A program made the position numbers and the translations under genes. This document shows, in pieces, positions 10,575 through 20,193 of a stretch of DNA of 64,000 bases (positions within the stretch are counted from its first letter, which is position 1; every line of letters begins with the position of its first letter). The DNA is from an uncultured bacterium. GTDB lineage: Bacteria > Desulfobacterota_D > UBA1144 > Nemesobacterales > UBA2774. Under the pieces are notes generated by a model, which saw nothing but the letters and a program-made list of their open reading frames with translations, searched no databases and was not told the origin of the DNA. The DNA lies in contig CAWGRW010000009.1 of assembly GCA_963825135.1 (NCBI GenBank), positions 736,001 through 800,000 of the forward strand, in the 5' to 3' direction.

Positions 10575-11249
10575 TCAGGCAAGCTTGTTCAGGCCTTCTA
10601 TATGCTCAAGCCCCTCTTTCGCGGCGGCCTGCTCGGCCTGTTTCTTGTTCCGCCCTATGCCCCTGCCCATGCATTTTCTGCCGAGCTTAACCTCTACATG
10701 GAAGCATTTGTCATGCGGGGGCCCTTCCTCGAGCACAACTTTATACTTGGGCACCTTCTTGAACTGCCGCTGGGCAACTTCCTGGAGCCTGGTTTTATAA
10801 TCCCTGAATATCTCCTCGTCGCCGTTAAGACAGTTCTTCAGGAGCTTGGTGACTATTCTGTAGACCTTCTTGTATCCACCGTCTATGAATATCGCTCCGA
10901 TAACGGCCTCGAACGCCCCGGCGAGGTTCGACTGCCTCTTTCTCCCCCCCGTATTCTCCTCTCCTTTTCCGAGTAGCATCTGTTTGTCTATCTTGAGCTC
11001 TTTCGCGAAGTGGGCAAAATTCATCCTGCTCACAATGGCGCTTCTCATTTTAGAGAGCTTTCCTTCGGCAGCCTCGGGGAAGAGATCGTATAATACGCGG
11101 GCCACGATGAAGCCCAGGACGGCGTCACCCAGGAACTCCATCCTTTCGTTGCTTTCTACGGAAGTCTCGTTCGCAAAAGAACTGTGGGTGAGCGCGGTTT
11201 TAAGAAGCCCGCCGTCTTTGAATTTATAATTGAGCCTCTTTTCTAACAT
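10575..11249 (-). CDS. rnc: Ribonuclease III
   Basis: ALTHSS, NERMEFLGDAVL, C-terminal dsRBD (KKQAEQAAA). Confidence 0.97.
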   Translation of the reverse strand: MLEKRLNYKFKDGGLLKTALTHSSFANETSVESNERMEFLGDAVLGFIVARVLYDLFPEAAEGKLSKMRSAIVSRMNFAHFAKELKIDKQMLLGKGEENTGGRKRQSNLAGAFEAVIGAIFIDGGYKKVYRIVTKLLKNCLNGDEEIFRDYKTRLQEVAQRQFKKVPKYKVVLEEGPPHDKCFHVEVKLGRKCMGRGIGRNKKQAEQAAAKEGLEHIEGLNKLA

Positions 11250-11258
11250 GCGCTTAGA

Positions 11259-11287
11259 AAACTATCATCAAGAGCGACTAAAATCAA
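11259..11287 (-). promoter_or_regulatory. Sigma70-type promoter 9 nt from the rnc start codon
   Basis: Minus strand TTGATT-17 nt-TAGTTT-9 nt-ATG, no Shine-Dalgarno. Confidence 0.5.
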
Positions 11288-11492
11288 CAATCAGGGCGTA
11301 AGCCGATTCGCATATATGCTCCGGTCGACAGGATATTATGAAGAGGCGTGGGTCTCGAGCCCGATTGACGGGACGAGGTTGAATTGTATCATCGTGAAAA
11401 AAGCTGAATCGAAATCCGAATGCGATCGTAAATATTAAGTATAATATGAAACATATTTTTGGAAGAGAAATTACAAGCGCTCAAGGAGATAA

Positions 11493-12212
11493 ATGAGAAA
11501 ATTTGCGGCCCCTTTATTTGCGTTATTATTGCTAACATTTGTAGTGGGTTATGCATCCAATGCGCAGGATACCCACAACGAGAAGCGCACATTGAGCGTC
11601 ACCGGAAGCGGAAAGGTCGATGCGGCCCCTGACGTCGCGTATTTGACCCTCTCAGTCGAAACCCTCGCTAAAAACGCCTCCCAGGCGGTAAAGGACAATT
11701 CCGGGACAACGAACAAGGTCATAGAGGCAATAAAAGCCAAGCTCGGCAAGGACGACAAGGTCTCGACTGCCGGATACAGCCTCGCGCCTGTCTACGAATA
11801 CAACAACCAGACTAACAAGACGGATTTCAAAGGGTACAGGGCCAGCAACAGGATCATAGTCGAGGCCCACAACCTGAAAGAAATCGGGAATATCATCGAT
11901 TCCACCGCCGAAGCGGGACTCAACAATGTAGAAAGTCTTTCATTCGATACGACGAAGAGGGATGAAATAAGGAGGGAAGCCATCGTCGAGGCCGTCCGGG
12001 ACGCGAAGGCGACCGCAGAGACCTTATCGAAGGCCGCGGGCGTTACGATAACAAAGATTCTCCAGCTTTCCCCGTCCTTCGACTACCCGGTGCCTGTGTA
12101 CAGGGACTACGCTCTCGCTAAGGAGGCTTCTCCGGCAGCGCCCCCCACGCCCATAGAGCCGGGCGATATATCGGTTAGCGCGTCGGTCAGCATAGTGTTC
12201 GAGATAGAGTGA
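11493..12212 (+). CDS. SIMPL (DUF541/YggE-like) periplasmic protein
   Basis: Signal peptide; LSVTGSGKV..APD, A...A..KA..L and IEPG...VSASV motifs. Confidence 0.9.
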   Translation: MRKFAAPLFALLLLTFVVGYASNAQDTHNEKRTLSVTGSGKVDAAPDVAYLTLSVETLAKNASQAVKDNSGTTNKVIEAIKAKLGKDDKVSTAGYSLAPVYEYNNQTNKTDFKGYRASNRIIVEAHNLKEIGNIIDSTAEAGLNNVESLSFDTTKRDEIRREAIVEAVRDAKATAETLSKAAGVTITKILQLSPSFDYPVPVYRDYALAKEASPAAPPTPIEPGDISVSASVSIVFEIE

Positions 12213-12216
12213 AGGG

Positions 12217-12558
12217 TCAGTCACCGGAACGGCATTCCTCACAGCTGCACAGCTCCCTCAGGAATTCGTACGTATAAATTCCCGTATCGTGCTTATCGTT
12301 CCAGCTGAACTTAAACGCGTACTGTCCGACGTGCTCGATACCGAGAGGCTTGACCGCCGGGGATTTGGTCCCGAGAGGGATAGTCTTTTTGAAAGGGAGC
12401 CTGCCGTTCTTACTCGCTTTCCGTAACTGCCTGCAGGTAGCGCAGGGGCATTCCTGCCGCAGGTCCTCGTACAGGTAAATACTCTCATGCCCGTCGTCCC
12501 ATAATATCCGTATCGCCGTATCGCTGAATTCCGTTACTTCCCCCGGTTTGCATTTCAT
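12217..12558 (-). CDS. DUF971 / GBBH-N-like zinc-binding protein
   Basis: WDDGHESIY...LRQECPCATC...VGQYA...WNDKHDTGIYTYEFL; start at MKCKP after GGGGA. Confidence 0.88.
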   Translation of the reverse strand: MKCKPGEVTEFSDTAIRILWDDGHESIYLYEDLRQECPCATCRQLRKASKNGRLPFKKTIPLGTKSPAVKPLGIEHVGQYAFKFSWNDKHDTGIYTYEFLRELCSCEECRSGD

Positions 12559-12676
12559 AGATATTTCCCCCTTATCGTAGGACTCGCGAACAGCGCCTGT
12601 ATATTGTACCGAATTCCTCGGCGGATATTTTCTATCGACGCGGATATTTAATAATTTCGGGATATAAACTGTTTCG

Positions 12677-12706
12677 TTGACTTTTTTTGCCCGAAAATTG
12701 TATAAT
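12677..12706 (+). promoter_or_regulatory. Sigma70-type promoter 9 nt from the sirtuin-like start codon
   Basis: TTGACT-18 nt-TATAAT-9 nt-ATG, no Shine-Dalgarno. Confidence 0.6.
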
Positions 12707-12715
12707 CCATTCCTG

Positions 12716-13468
12716 ATGAAAAAAGACGCCGCGGGGACGGTAGCGGAGTGGATCAGAGAGACCCGGAAAATCATAGTCCTTACGGGGTATGAATTATCGG
12801 CCGAGTGCGGCCTGCCCGATTTTTCGGATCCCGGACTAAACCCTCATATCAGGGATTTCAGGGAGAAACGGGACGTAAGGGCGGGGTATTGGGCGAAGAT
12901 AACGGACATATACCCGTCTCTCCTGAGCGCCGAGCCCGGTCCCGGCCACCGGGCGATAGTGGAGATGGAAATGCTCGGGAACCTGGACTGTGTATTTACG
13001 CAGAGCGCGGACGGGCTCCATCACCGCGCCGGAAGCACCACGGTCATTGAGCTCAACAGCAGCATCCAATGGATTACTTGCCCCGGCTGCGGCAAGGATT
13101 ATTCGATTGACGAAATCATGAGCATGCTCGAAAAAAGCGCCGGAGTACCCGCCTGCAGGGAATGCGGGAGCGACCAGCTGAAACCCGGGATTTCATTCCC
13201 CGGGCAGCCTCCGCCGCACTGGGAAGCGCGGGAGGCATGGATGAGGCTCCACAACACCGACCTATTTCTCATCGCCGGAGCCTCACTCGACAATGAGCCC
13301 GCAGCCTCGTACCCGTTCGAAGCCAAGGAAAATAACGCCAGGGTAGTCATCATAAGCGAACGTGAAAGCCCGGCAGACGACTACGTAGATGCGGTCATAT
13401 ACGGCAAGCCGGGCCAGATACTGAATTACATTGTAAAGAAGGTTAAGGACAGCATTACCATCTCCTGA
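12716..13468 (+). CDS. Sir2/CobB-fold protein with degenerate catalytic motifs
   Basis: Colinear with sirtuins (LTG..LSAECGLPDF, TQSADGLHHRAG, CxxC...CxxC, LKP, GASL..EPAA), but the GAG, QN and HG motifs are altered. Confidence 0.8.
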   Translation: MKKDAAGTVAEWIRETRKIIVLTGYELSAECGLPDFSDPGLNPHIRDFREKRDVRAGYWAKITDIYPSLLSAEPGPGHRAIVEMEMLGNLDCVFTQSADGLHHRAGSTTVIELNSSIQWITCPGCGKDYSIDEIMSMLEKSAGVPACRECGSDQLKPGISFPGQPPPHWEAREAWMRLHNTDLFLIAGASLDNEPAASYPFEAKENNARVVIISERESPADDYVDAVIYGKPGQILNYIVKKVKDSITIS

Positions 13469-13541
13469 CGTGTCCCGGTATAATAAGGACTCCCGATACC
13501 CCTCCGTGACGCTATGTCATCGGACACCCCGAGGAGAAAAA

Positions 13542-15026
13542 ATGGCTGAGGAAAAACCGCTCATACAAGACGTAAAAAGGTACGTATCCAATACGGACAA
13601 GGATATTTACACGGTCAGCAACATCCCGGAAGAGGTCATAGCCGTCATATTCGCCTACGTGAGCAGGAGCCCGAAAGGCTTCAGGGAGAATATCGGGGCG
13701 GTCATTCAGGAAGAGGAGCTCGGCAGGGACAGGGCCTCGAAGTTCCACGAGAAATGGGTGCTAAACTACGGACACGCTTCCGTGGCGGAACACGCCGCCG
13801 TGCACGTGGGCATCGAGAGGGTGTCCCGGCTGTTCTCGTCAATACTCGAGCTGTCAAACGAGTATCTATCGTTCACGGAGTATTCCCAGAGGTATCAGAG
13901 ACCGTCGAGAGGGGATTTTTATATACCGGGCGAGCTCGACAGGGCCCCCGCTCTTAAGAAAGATTATATAAAGCTCAACGACGGCCTCTATACCGTATAT
14001 GCCGGGCTGAATGAAAAGCTCTTCGAGCATTTAAAGAAAACGGAGCCCGCGCCCGAGGGTGCGGATGAGAAGGCGCATTCGAGGGCGCTCGAAAAGATCG
14101 CGTTCGAGGACGCCCGGTACGCCCTTACGCTCGCTACTTTCACGAATCTCGGCATGACCGCGAACGCGAGAGCGATCGAGGACTCGCTCACGAAGCTCCT
14201 TTCGAATAAGTACGCGGAGGTCAGGAGCCGGGCTCGGGAAATAAAGGATGAAGTGCGGTTTTCCGTGCCCACGCTCGTAAAATATGCGAATGAAAACAGA
14301 TACCTCAAAGAGACGAGAGAGGAACTCCTCAAAACTGCGGGCTCGCTGACCGTGCGAAACTATACCGGGTGGTCAACCGAAGGCCCGGCCGTTAACCTCC
14401 TGGACTGGACGGGTAAGGGTTCTCCCGCTCCCGAAGAAGCGGCAGTAGATAAAATGATCAAAGCCATACTGTTCGAGCACTCGGACTCAAGCTATGAGGA
14501 GATAGACGACACGCTCAAGGGGCGGGACCCCGCCTCAAAGCTCGCAATCCTGAAAAAATCACTCGAGAAGCTCGGGAAATACGATAACCCCGTAAACGCC
14601 CTCAGGCTCGTCGGCTACGAGGCCGAGTTCGTCATAAGCGAGGCGTGCTGGCACCAGCTCCTCCGGCACAGGAAGACGGACTGGATCTACAAGGACCCCT
14701 CGGTATCGCACGGCATCACCGTACCGCCGAACATAGAAAACGCGGGGATTGCGGATATGCTCGTAAGGGCAGCCGGGGAGAGTGAGAAACTTTACGCGAT
14801 GCTGATGAATGAAAATTTATCCGAGACCGCGAGCTACGTCGTAACTAACGCTCACAACAGGCGCGTTCTCGGCAGCTTCAACCTCTGGGAGCTCTATCAC
14901 CTCATAAATTTAAGGATGTCCGAAGGGGCCCAGTGGGATATCAAGAACGTAACAGGGATGCTTGCCGAAGAGATAAGCAAACATCATCCGAACCTCGTAG
15001 CCCCCGCGCTGAAGAGGGTAAAATAG
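13542..15026 (+). CDS. thyX: Flavin-dependent thymidylate synthase, tandem-domain type
   Basis: YGHASVAEH, EYSQRY and DARY in the N-half; QLLRHR and LR...AQWDI in the C-half; GAGGAG upstream of MAEEK. Confidence 0.85.
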   Translation: MAEEKPLIQDVKRYVSNTDKDIYTVSNIPEEVIAVIFAYVSRSPKGFRENIGAVIQEEELGRDRASKFHEKWVLNYGHASVAEHAAVHVGIERVSRLFSSILELSNEYLSFTEYSQRYQRPSRGDFYIPGELDRAPALKKDYIKLNDGLYTVYAGLNEKLFEHLKKTEPAPEGADEKAHSRALEKIAFEDARYALTLATFTNLGMTANARAIEDSLTKLLSNKYAEVRSRAREIKDEVRFSVPTLVKYANENRYLKETREELLKTAGSLTVRNYTGWSTEGPAVNLLDWTGKGSPAPEEAAVDKMIKAILFEHSDSSYEEIDDTLKGRDPASKLAILKKSLEKLGKYDNPVNALRLVGYEAEFVISEACWHQLLRHRKTDWIYKDPSVSHGITVPPNIENAGIADMLVRAAGESEKLYAMLMNENLSETASYVVTNAHNRRVLGSFNLWELYHLINLRMSEGAQWDIKNVTGMLAEEISKHHPNLVAPALKRVK

Positions 15027-15074
15027 CGTCGAGCGGGCAGGTCACAAAATGCGAGATTTAGAGTAATCCCAAAC

Positions 15075-15569
15075 ATGGCAAACCAGGATCACATGACGAC
15101 AATTAAAAGCGGGGCGGGAGCGTGGAATAAATGGAGGGAAGAGAATCCGGGCGTGAAGCCCGATCTCGCATGGGCCAACCTCGTGGGGATAGACCTGACG
15201 GGGGCTAACCTCGAGGGGGTGAATATGAAGCTCGCGTTCTGTAAAGGCTCCAGATTTAACGGAGCGAGGCTCGGCGGGGCCACCCTGTTCGGCACAAATC
15301 TCGAGGGGGCGGACATGACAGGCGCCGCACTCGAGGGAGCTACTCTCGAAGGGGCGCATCTCATAAAGGCCGACCTCTCCGGGGCGAACCTTGCGGGGGC
15401 TAATCTCAAGCTCGCAAACATGCAGGACGCGGTACTCGAAGGCGCAGACCTCAGGGGCTGCATCAAGCTGACCGCGGAGCAGCTTTCGTCCGTGAAAACA
15501 CTCCGCGACGCAAAGCTCGACCCGGCTCTCTCAGAGCAGTTATCGAATACGCACCCCGAATTGTTCTGA
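15075..15569 (+). CDS. Pentapeptide repeat protein
   Basis: WNKWREENP..PDL head followed by many A(N/D/T)Lxx repeats. Confidence 0.92.
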   Translation: MANQDHMTTIKSGAGAWNKWREENPGVKPDLAWANLVGIDLTGANLEGVNMKLAFCKGSRFNGARLGGATLFGTNLEGADMTGAALEGATLEGAHLIKADLSGANLAGANLKLANMQDAVLEGADLRGCIKLTAEQLSSVKTLRDAKLDPALSEQLSNTHPELF

Positions 15570-15649
15570 GTACTTGATGGCCCCGGACCGTTTCACCGGC
15601 GGATTGTCATTCTTGACTAATCCTCCCCCATCCAAAATACTACATCCGA

Positions 15650-16819
15650 ATGGAAGACACCCCGTCGTTTCAGGACTTATTCAAATCACAGGTATATACG
15701 GTATCCGGGCTCACAGCGCGCATTAAAGAAGCGATCGAAGAGGAGGTCGGCTTCGAGCACGTGTGGGTCACGGGAGAGATCTCGAATTTCAAAGGAAACT
15801 ATACGAGCGGGCACTGGTATTTCTCGCTCAAGGATGAATCGAGTCAGATATCCGCTGTCTGCTTCAAATGGGCGAACCAATCGATAAAATACCTCCCCGA
15901 GAACGGCACGGAGGTCATTTGCTCGGGCCTCGTAGGGGTTTACGAGAAACAAGGGGTCTACCAGCTGAACGTTAAGGATATGGAGCCCAAGGGTGTCGGG
16001 GCTCAGGCTCTCGCGCTCGAACAGTTAAAAGAGAAACTCCTCGCCGAGGGACTATTCAGCCCGGAGAGAAAGCGCCCCCTGCCCTTCCTCCCCCGGAGGA
16101 TCGGCATTGTAACCTCCCCGACGGGAGCGGCGATAAAAGACATTCTTAAGGTCCTCGAAAGCAGGTTCCCCAACCTCGAAATAGTAATATCCCCGGCAAG
16201 GGTCCAGGGAGACGAAGCTCCCGGAGATATTATATCGTCCCTGAAGAAGCTTTACGGTATGTCCGGCCTGGACCTCATCATTCTGGCAAGAGGCGGGGGT
16301 TCCAAGGAAGACCTGCGTGCCTTCAACGACGAGGCGCTCGCGAGAGAGATAGTTAAATCCCCTGTGCCTGTCGTCTCCGCGGTCGGGCACGAAATAGACG
16401 TTACGATTGCCGACTTGGTCGCGGACGTAAGGGCGGCGACACCGTCGAACGCAGCCGAGATCGTGGTCAGGGAGAGGTCAGAGCTCCTTCAGGACCTGGC
16501 AGAGCTCGGCGGAAAACTGGCCTTCGCTCTTCAGAACCGGGTTGAATTCCACGCAAGGGAAATAGATCAGCTGCAGTCGGACATACTAAGGCTCTTTCAG
16601 ATAAAGTACGAGAGCGCCGTATCGGAGACGGGCGCGCTCGCAGGAAAGCTCGACGCTCTGAGTCCCCTCAAAGTGCTCGGCCGCGGATACAGCATCACGT
16701 ACAAGCTTCCGTCCATGAAGACGGTTAAGGATTCGAAGGAGCTTGCGAGCGGAGACAAAGTCCTGATCGCTTTTAACAGCGGAAAGGCCAGGTGCTCGGT
16801 CACGGAAACTGAAGACTAG
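15650..16819 (+). CDS. xseA: Exodeoxyribonuclease VII large subunit
   Basis: GEISNF, SGHWYFSLKD, IVTSPTGAA, RGGGS.EDL..FNDE, VGHE.D, TPSNAAE, LSPLKVLGRGYS. Confidence 0.96.
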   Translation: MEDTPSFQDLFKSQVYTVSGLTARIKEAIEEEVGFEHVWVTGEISNFKGNYTSGHWYFSLKDESSQISAVCFKWANQSIKYLPENGTEVICSGLVGVYEKQGVYQLNVKDMEPKGVGAQALALEQLKEKLLAEGLFSPERKRPLPFLPRRIGIVTSPTGAAIKDILKVLESRFPNLEIVISPARVQGDEAPGDIISSLKKLYGMSGLDLIILARGGGSKEDLRAFNDEALAREIVKSPVPVVSAVGHEIDVTIADLVADVRAATPSNAAEIVVRERSELLQDLAELGGKLAFALQNRVEFHAREIDQLQSDILRLFQIKYESAVSETGALAGKLDALSPLKVLGRGYSITYKLPSMKTVKDSKELASGDKVLIAFNSGKARCSVTETED

Positions 16820-17829
16820 CCGAGAAGTAAGTTAAATTCAGGGGCTTCGATGAGCCTCGCTCCCGCGCTTCTGAGAAGACTTTCGGTCTCCCCCGCGGGC
16901 AGAGCATCGGTAATGATGTGCCTCACCCTGTTCCCCATGTCCATACCGAGCTTTTTCCCGGCTGGCCGGCCGTTTAAGCCCGAAAGGGACTTCCTGCATA
17001 ATTCCTCCAGGCCCGCTTTCGTCTCAAACAATACGGTCGGCATTACCTCGACTATATCCTGGTAGAAATCTTTCCTGCCTTCCGCAACCGCGGCCCTGCC
17101 CCCCCTGTAGAGAGTAAGATAGTTTATGAACTTCGAGAACGGGGTCGCGTCCGTCAAATAGGAAAAGGTCTGGTCCTCCGCGTCTAACCCGGAGCACCTG
17201 AGAGACACATTCCGGAGGGCATCCATCAAGCTGCCCTGGGAGACCTCGGTCGGGTGCGGTTTATCCGGACCCGGAGATAAAAAAAGCGCAGCCGGAAAAT
17301 CAGCTTCTACATTTTTATATACAGCGGAAAGCTCGTCCTCGAGCTTTTTTCTTTTCATAAGCCCGAATTTAAGGACCGCCCTGAAGTTCAGGACCTTCTC
17401 GCCGCTTATCTTTGCGTCCGGGAAGACTATAATTCTCTCGACGCTCGTCATCCCGTGAAGAGAATTCAGAACACCTTCCATCGAGGGACTCTGCTCTATT
17501 AGTATCAGCTTTGCATGGAGATCTTCAGCCGCTCCGGCAATCCGCTCGGCGCTTTCATCCGGGGACAGCGGAACAACGATTCCGCCGAGATGAAAAACCG
17601 CGATCTCGGAGGAGATCGCTTCGAGCCTGTTCGAAGAGACGACGAGCGCCCTGTCCCCCCTCCCGAACCCCAGGTCGTGGAAAAAGGCCGCTATATTCTT
17701 TACTTTGCGGTCGAAGTCGAGCCAGGTAATTTGTTTCCAGCTCCATCCGTCCCGCCGCTGGTAGAGGAGCTTCGTACCGTGCTCCTTTACTCGATTTTGC
17801 AGAAGTTCTGGTATAGTCTTTTCGCTCAT
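16816..17829 (-). CDS. AMP-binding (long-chain acyl-CoA synthetase-like) N-terminal domain protein, degenerate and truncated
   Basis: WKQITW, LGFGRGDR....SSNR.E and GGIVVPL match FadD/ACSL N-termini; no TSGTTG P-loop; ends at 337 aa. Confidence 0.7.
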   Translation of the reverse strand: MSEKTIPELLQNRVKEHGTKLLYQRRDGWSWKQITWLDFDRKVKNIAAFFHDLGFGRGDRALVVSSNRLEAISSEIAVFHLGGIVVPLSPDESAERIAGAAEDLHAKLILIEQSPSMEGVLNSLHGMTSVERIIVFPDAKISGEKVLNFRAVLKFGLMKRKKLEDELSAVYKNVEADFPAALFLSPGPDKPHPTEVSQGSLMDALRNVSLRCSGLDAEDQTFSYLTDATPFSKFINYLTLYRGGRAAVAEGRKDFYQDIVEVMPTVLFETKAGLEELCRKSLSGLNGRPAGKKLGMDMGNRVRHIITDALPAGETESLLRSAGARLIEAPEFNLLLG

Positions 17830-17910
17830 AAGGCCTCGCCGGGAGCGACGTTACAATATCCTCAACCGGATAGAGTGTAAAATATACTATAAAACTATCA
17901 GTTTAAAACT

Positions 17911-19281
17911 ATGAAAAAAGTAATAAAGATTAGACCCTTCGAGAGCGAGCTCTACGACATCGCCAGGAACCTGGTCATTCAGCTGAGGGATTCGGGGTTC
18001 AAGGCGTACTGCGTCGGCGGGTGCACGAGGGATACGCTTATGAGCGTCCCGCCGAAGGAATACGACATAACGACGAGCGCAACCCCTGACGAGGTCGCGA
18101 GAATATTCCCGCACACCATCCCCGTCGGAGCGAGCTTCGGCGTGATCCTTGTGCTCATAGGCCATTACCGGTTCGAGGTGGCCACGTTCAGGAAAGACAC
18201 GAGCTACTCGGACAGCCGCCATCCGGATTCAGTCACCTACAGCACGGACGAGGAAGAGGACGTGCTGAGGCGGGACTTCACGATAAACGGGATGCTCTAT
18301 GACCCGATAGAAGAAGAGGCCATAGATTTCGTAAGCGGAACGGAGGATATAAGGGACGGGATCATCAGGACTATAGGGGTTCCGTATCTGAGGTTCGACG
18401 AAGACAAGCTCAGGCTTATGCGAGCGGTGAGATTCGCTTCGCGGTACGGGTTCGGGATCGAGAAAGACACGTACGCGGCGCTTGAGAGCCTTGCGTCCGA
18501 GATTACTCTGGTGAGTGAGGAGAGGATAAGGGACGAGCTAGTAAAGATTATCTCGCAGAAGAACCCCGGGGACGGTCTCAAGCTACTGAGAGAATGCGGC
18601 CTACTGCGCTCCATACTCCCGGAAGTCGAGGTTATGCACGGGGTGGAACAGCCGCCGGAATTCCACCCGGAGGGGGATGTATTCACGCACACGTGCCTGG
18701 TGTTGGACAGGATATACGAGAACACGGAGGGGTTCGCCTCGCCCGAGCTCGTCATGGGCGGACTGCTGCACGACGTAGGGAAACCCCCGACTTTTTCAGT
18801 CTCGGACAGGATAAGGTTCAACGGGCACGACAGGCTCGGCGCGGACATGTCCCGGGAGATATGCAGGAGGCTCAAATTCTCGAACAAACAGATCGAGCTC
18901 ATCTACGAGCTCGTGCGGGACCATCTGAAGTTCAAGGACGTCTTCCACATGAAAAAAAGCACATTAAAGAGATTCATCGGGATGCCGGGCTTCGAGGAAC
19001 ACATGGTTTTACATCTCTCAGACTGCCTCGCGTCTCACGGCTCGACCGAAGCGTACGACTTCATCATACAGAAGCTGGGCGAGCTCAAGGACGAGGAGAT
19101 TAAACCGGAGCCTCTGATCGGGGGCAGGGAGCTTATCGAGATGGGGTATACCCCGGGGCCGATCTTCTCGGAGATACTGAACTTCGTCGAAGAAGCCCAG
19201 CTCGAGGGTGAGATCAAAAGCAAGGAAGAAGCGGAAGAGATCGTGTCAAAAAAATATCCGATCAAAAGTAAAGACGCATAG
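17911..19281 (+). CDS. cca: Class II tRNA nucleotidyltransferase (CCA-adding/poly(A) polymerase family) with HD domain
   Basis: VGGCTRD, EVATFR, RRDFTIN, EDKLR, QPPEFHPEGDVFTH, LHDVGKP. Confidence 0.88.
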   Translation: MKKVIKIRPFESELYDIARNLVIQLRDSGFKAYCVGGCTRDTLMSVPPKEYDITTSATPDEVARIFPHTIPVGASFGVILVLIGHYRFEVATFRKDTSYSDSRHPDSVTYSTDEEEDVLRRDFTINGMLYDPIEEEAIDFVSGTEDIRDGIIRTIGVPYLRFDEDKLRLMRAVRFASRYGFGIEKDTYAALESLASEITLVSEERIRDELVKIISQKNPGDGLKLLRECGLLRSILPEVEVMHGVEQPPEFHPEGDVFTHTCLVLDRIYENTEGFASPELVMGGLLHDVGKPPTFSVSDRIRFNGHDRLGADMSREICRRLKFSNKQIELIYELVRDHLKFKDVFHMKKSTLKRFIGMPGFEEHMVLHLSDCLASHGSTEAYDFIIQKLGELKDEEIKPEPLIGGRELIEMGYTPGPIFSEILNFVEEAQLEGEIKSKEEAEEIVSKKYPIKSKDA

Positions 19282-19292
19282 GTCTTCGTAGC

Positions 19293-19739
19293 TTACTTGA
19301 ACGTCCCCTCGTTGAAATCGGAAGAGTTATACCAAAAGTCACCCTTCTTTATCCACGTGTCCCGCACCATGACGCTCTTCTCGGAGACAGAAGGATACTT
19401 ATAATACGTAAACAGGACCCTTACCTCGCACTCGCCTGTTTCCGCCCCCTTTTTATCCCCCTTGGGATCTTCTTCGGTGAGGTAAACCACTTCTTTTATT
19501 TCATAGCCGGTGATATTCAGGTCCTTCTCGTTTGCAAGGACGAAGGCTTCAAATTCCTTGTAGTTGTCCGGGTCTACGAACTGAACGGCTTTATCGTAAG
19601 ACTTCCACATCAATAGCTTGTAGAAGAAATCGCTCGATTTCGAAAGGGATTCCTGGTCTTCGTTCTGGATAATACCGGTCGTCGTACCGCAACCGGCTAA
19701 AACGAACGCGACGAGGAGACATGATACGGCTTTCTTCAT
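19293..19739 (-). CDS. Hypothetical lipoprotein
   Basis: Lipobox LAGC; upstream TTGATA-17-TACCCT-6 nt-ATG. Confidence 0.8.
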   Translation of the reverse strand: MKKAVSCLLVAFVLAGCGTTTGIIQNEDQESLSKSSDFFYKLLMWKSYDKAVQFVDPDNYKEFEAFVLANEKDLNITGYEIKEVVYLTEEDPKGDKKGAETGECEVRVLFTYYKYPSVSEKSVMVRDTWIKKGDFWYNSSDFNEGTFK

Positions 19740-19818
19740 GGTAGAAGGGTAATGCCGCCGGACGAATATATCAAATAACAGAGTACGGGGGGATCGTCTT
19801 GAGCCCCCCGCGCCCGTG

Positions 19819-20145
19819 CTATATTTTTCCCTGAAGCAAGAATGCTATGAGAAGAGCATAAATAACGAGAGACTCGATAAGAGCAAGACCGATGATCATC
19901 GGAGTGAGGATCTTGGAGCTTGCGCCCGGGTTTCTCGCAATACCGCTCAATGCAGCCGCGGTCGCGCGCCCCTGACCGAGACCGGCCACACCCGCGGCGA
20001 TCCCTATCCCCAATCCCGCACCGAGTGCGAGGCCGAGCTTTGTAAGCTCTCCGCCGCTGCCTTCCTGCGCGAATGCGGCATCAGGAATAAAAGCAGCAAG
20101 CATAGCTACTCCGACTATCGAGAGAATCGAAAGTGCTGTTTTCAT
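19819..20145 (-). CDS. atpE: ATP synthase F0 subunit c with N-terminal signal-peptide-like extension
   Basis: GLGQG, IARNP loop, [16 protein letters not shown] upstream. Confidence 0.96.
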   Translation of the reverse strand: MKTALSILSIVGVAMLAAFIPDAAFAQEGSGGELTKLGLALGAGLGIGIAAGVAGLGQGRATAAALSGIARNPGASSKILTPMIIGLALIESLVIYALLIAFLLQGKI

Positions 20146-20193
20146 TTTTTACCTCCTTCTGTATAGTAGGTCATTTTTTTTCATGCTCAAATT

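Noticed and set aside
12716..13468. Sirtuin as an antiphage SIR2 effector
   Set aside because: It has the zinc-binding CobB-like layout, housekeeping neighbours and no partner defence genes.
15075..15569. Periodic DNA repeats suggesting an array
   Set aside because: Explained by pentapeptide-repeat coding; no CRISPR repeat-spacer structure or cas genes.
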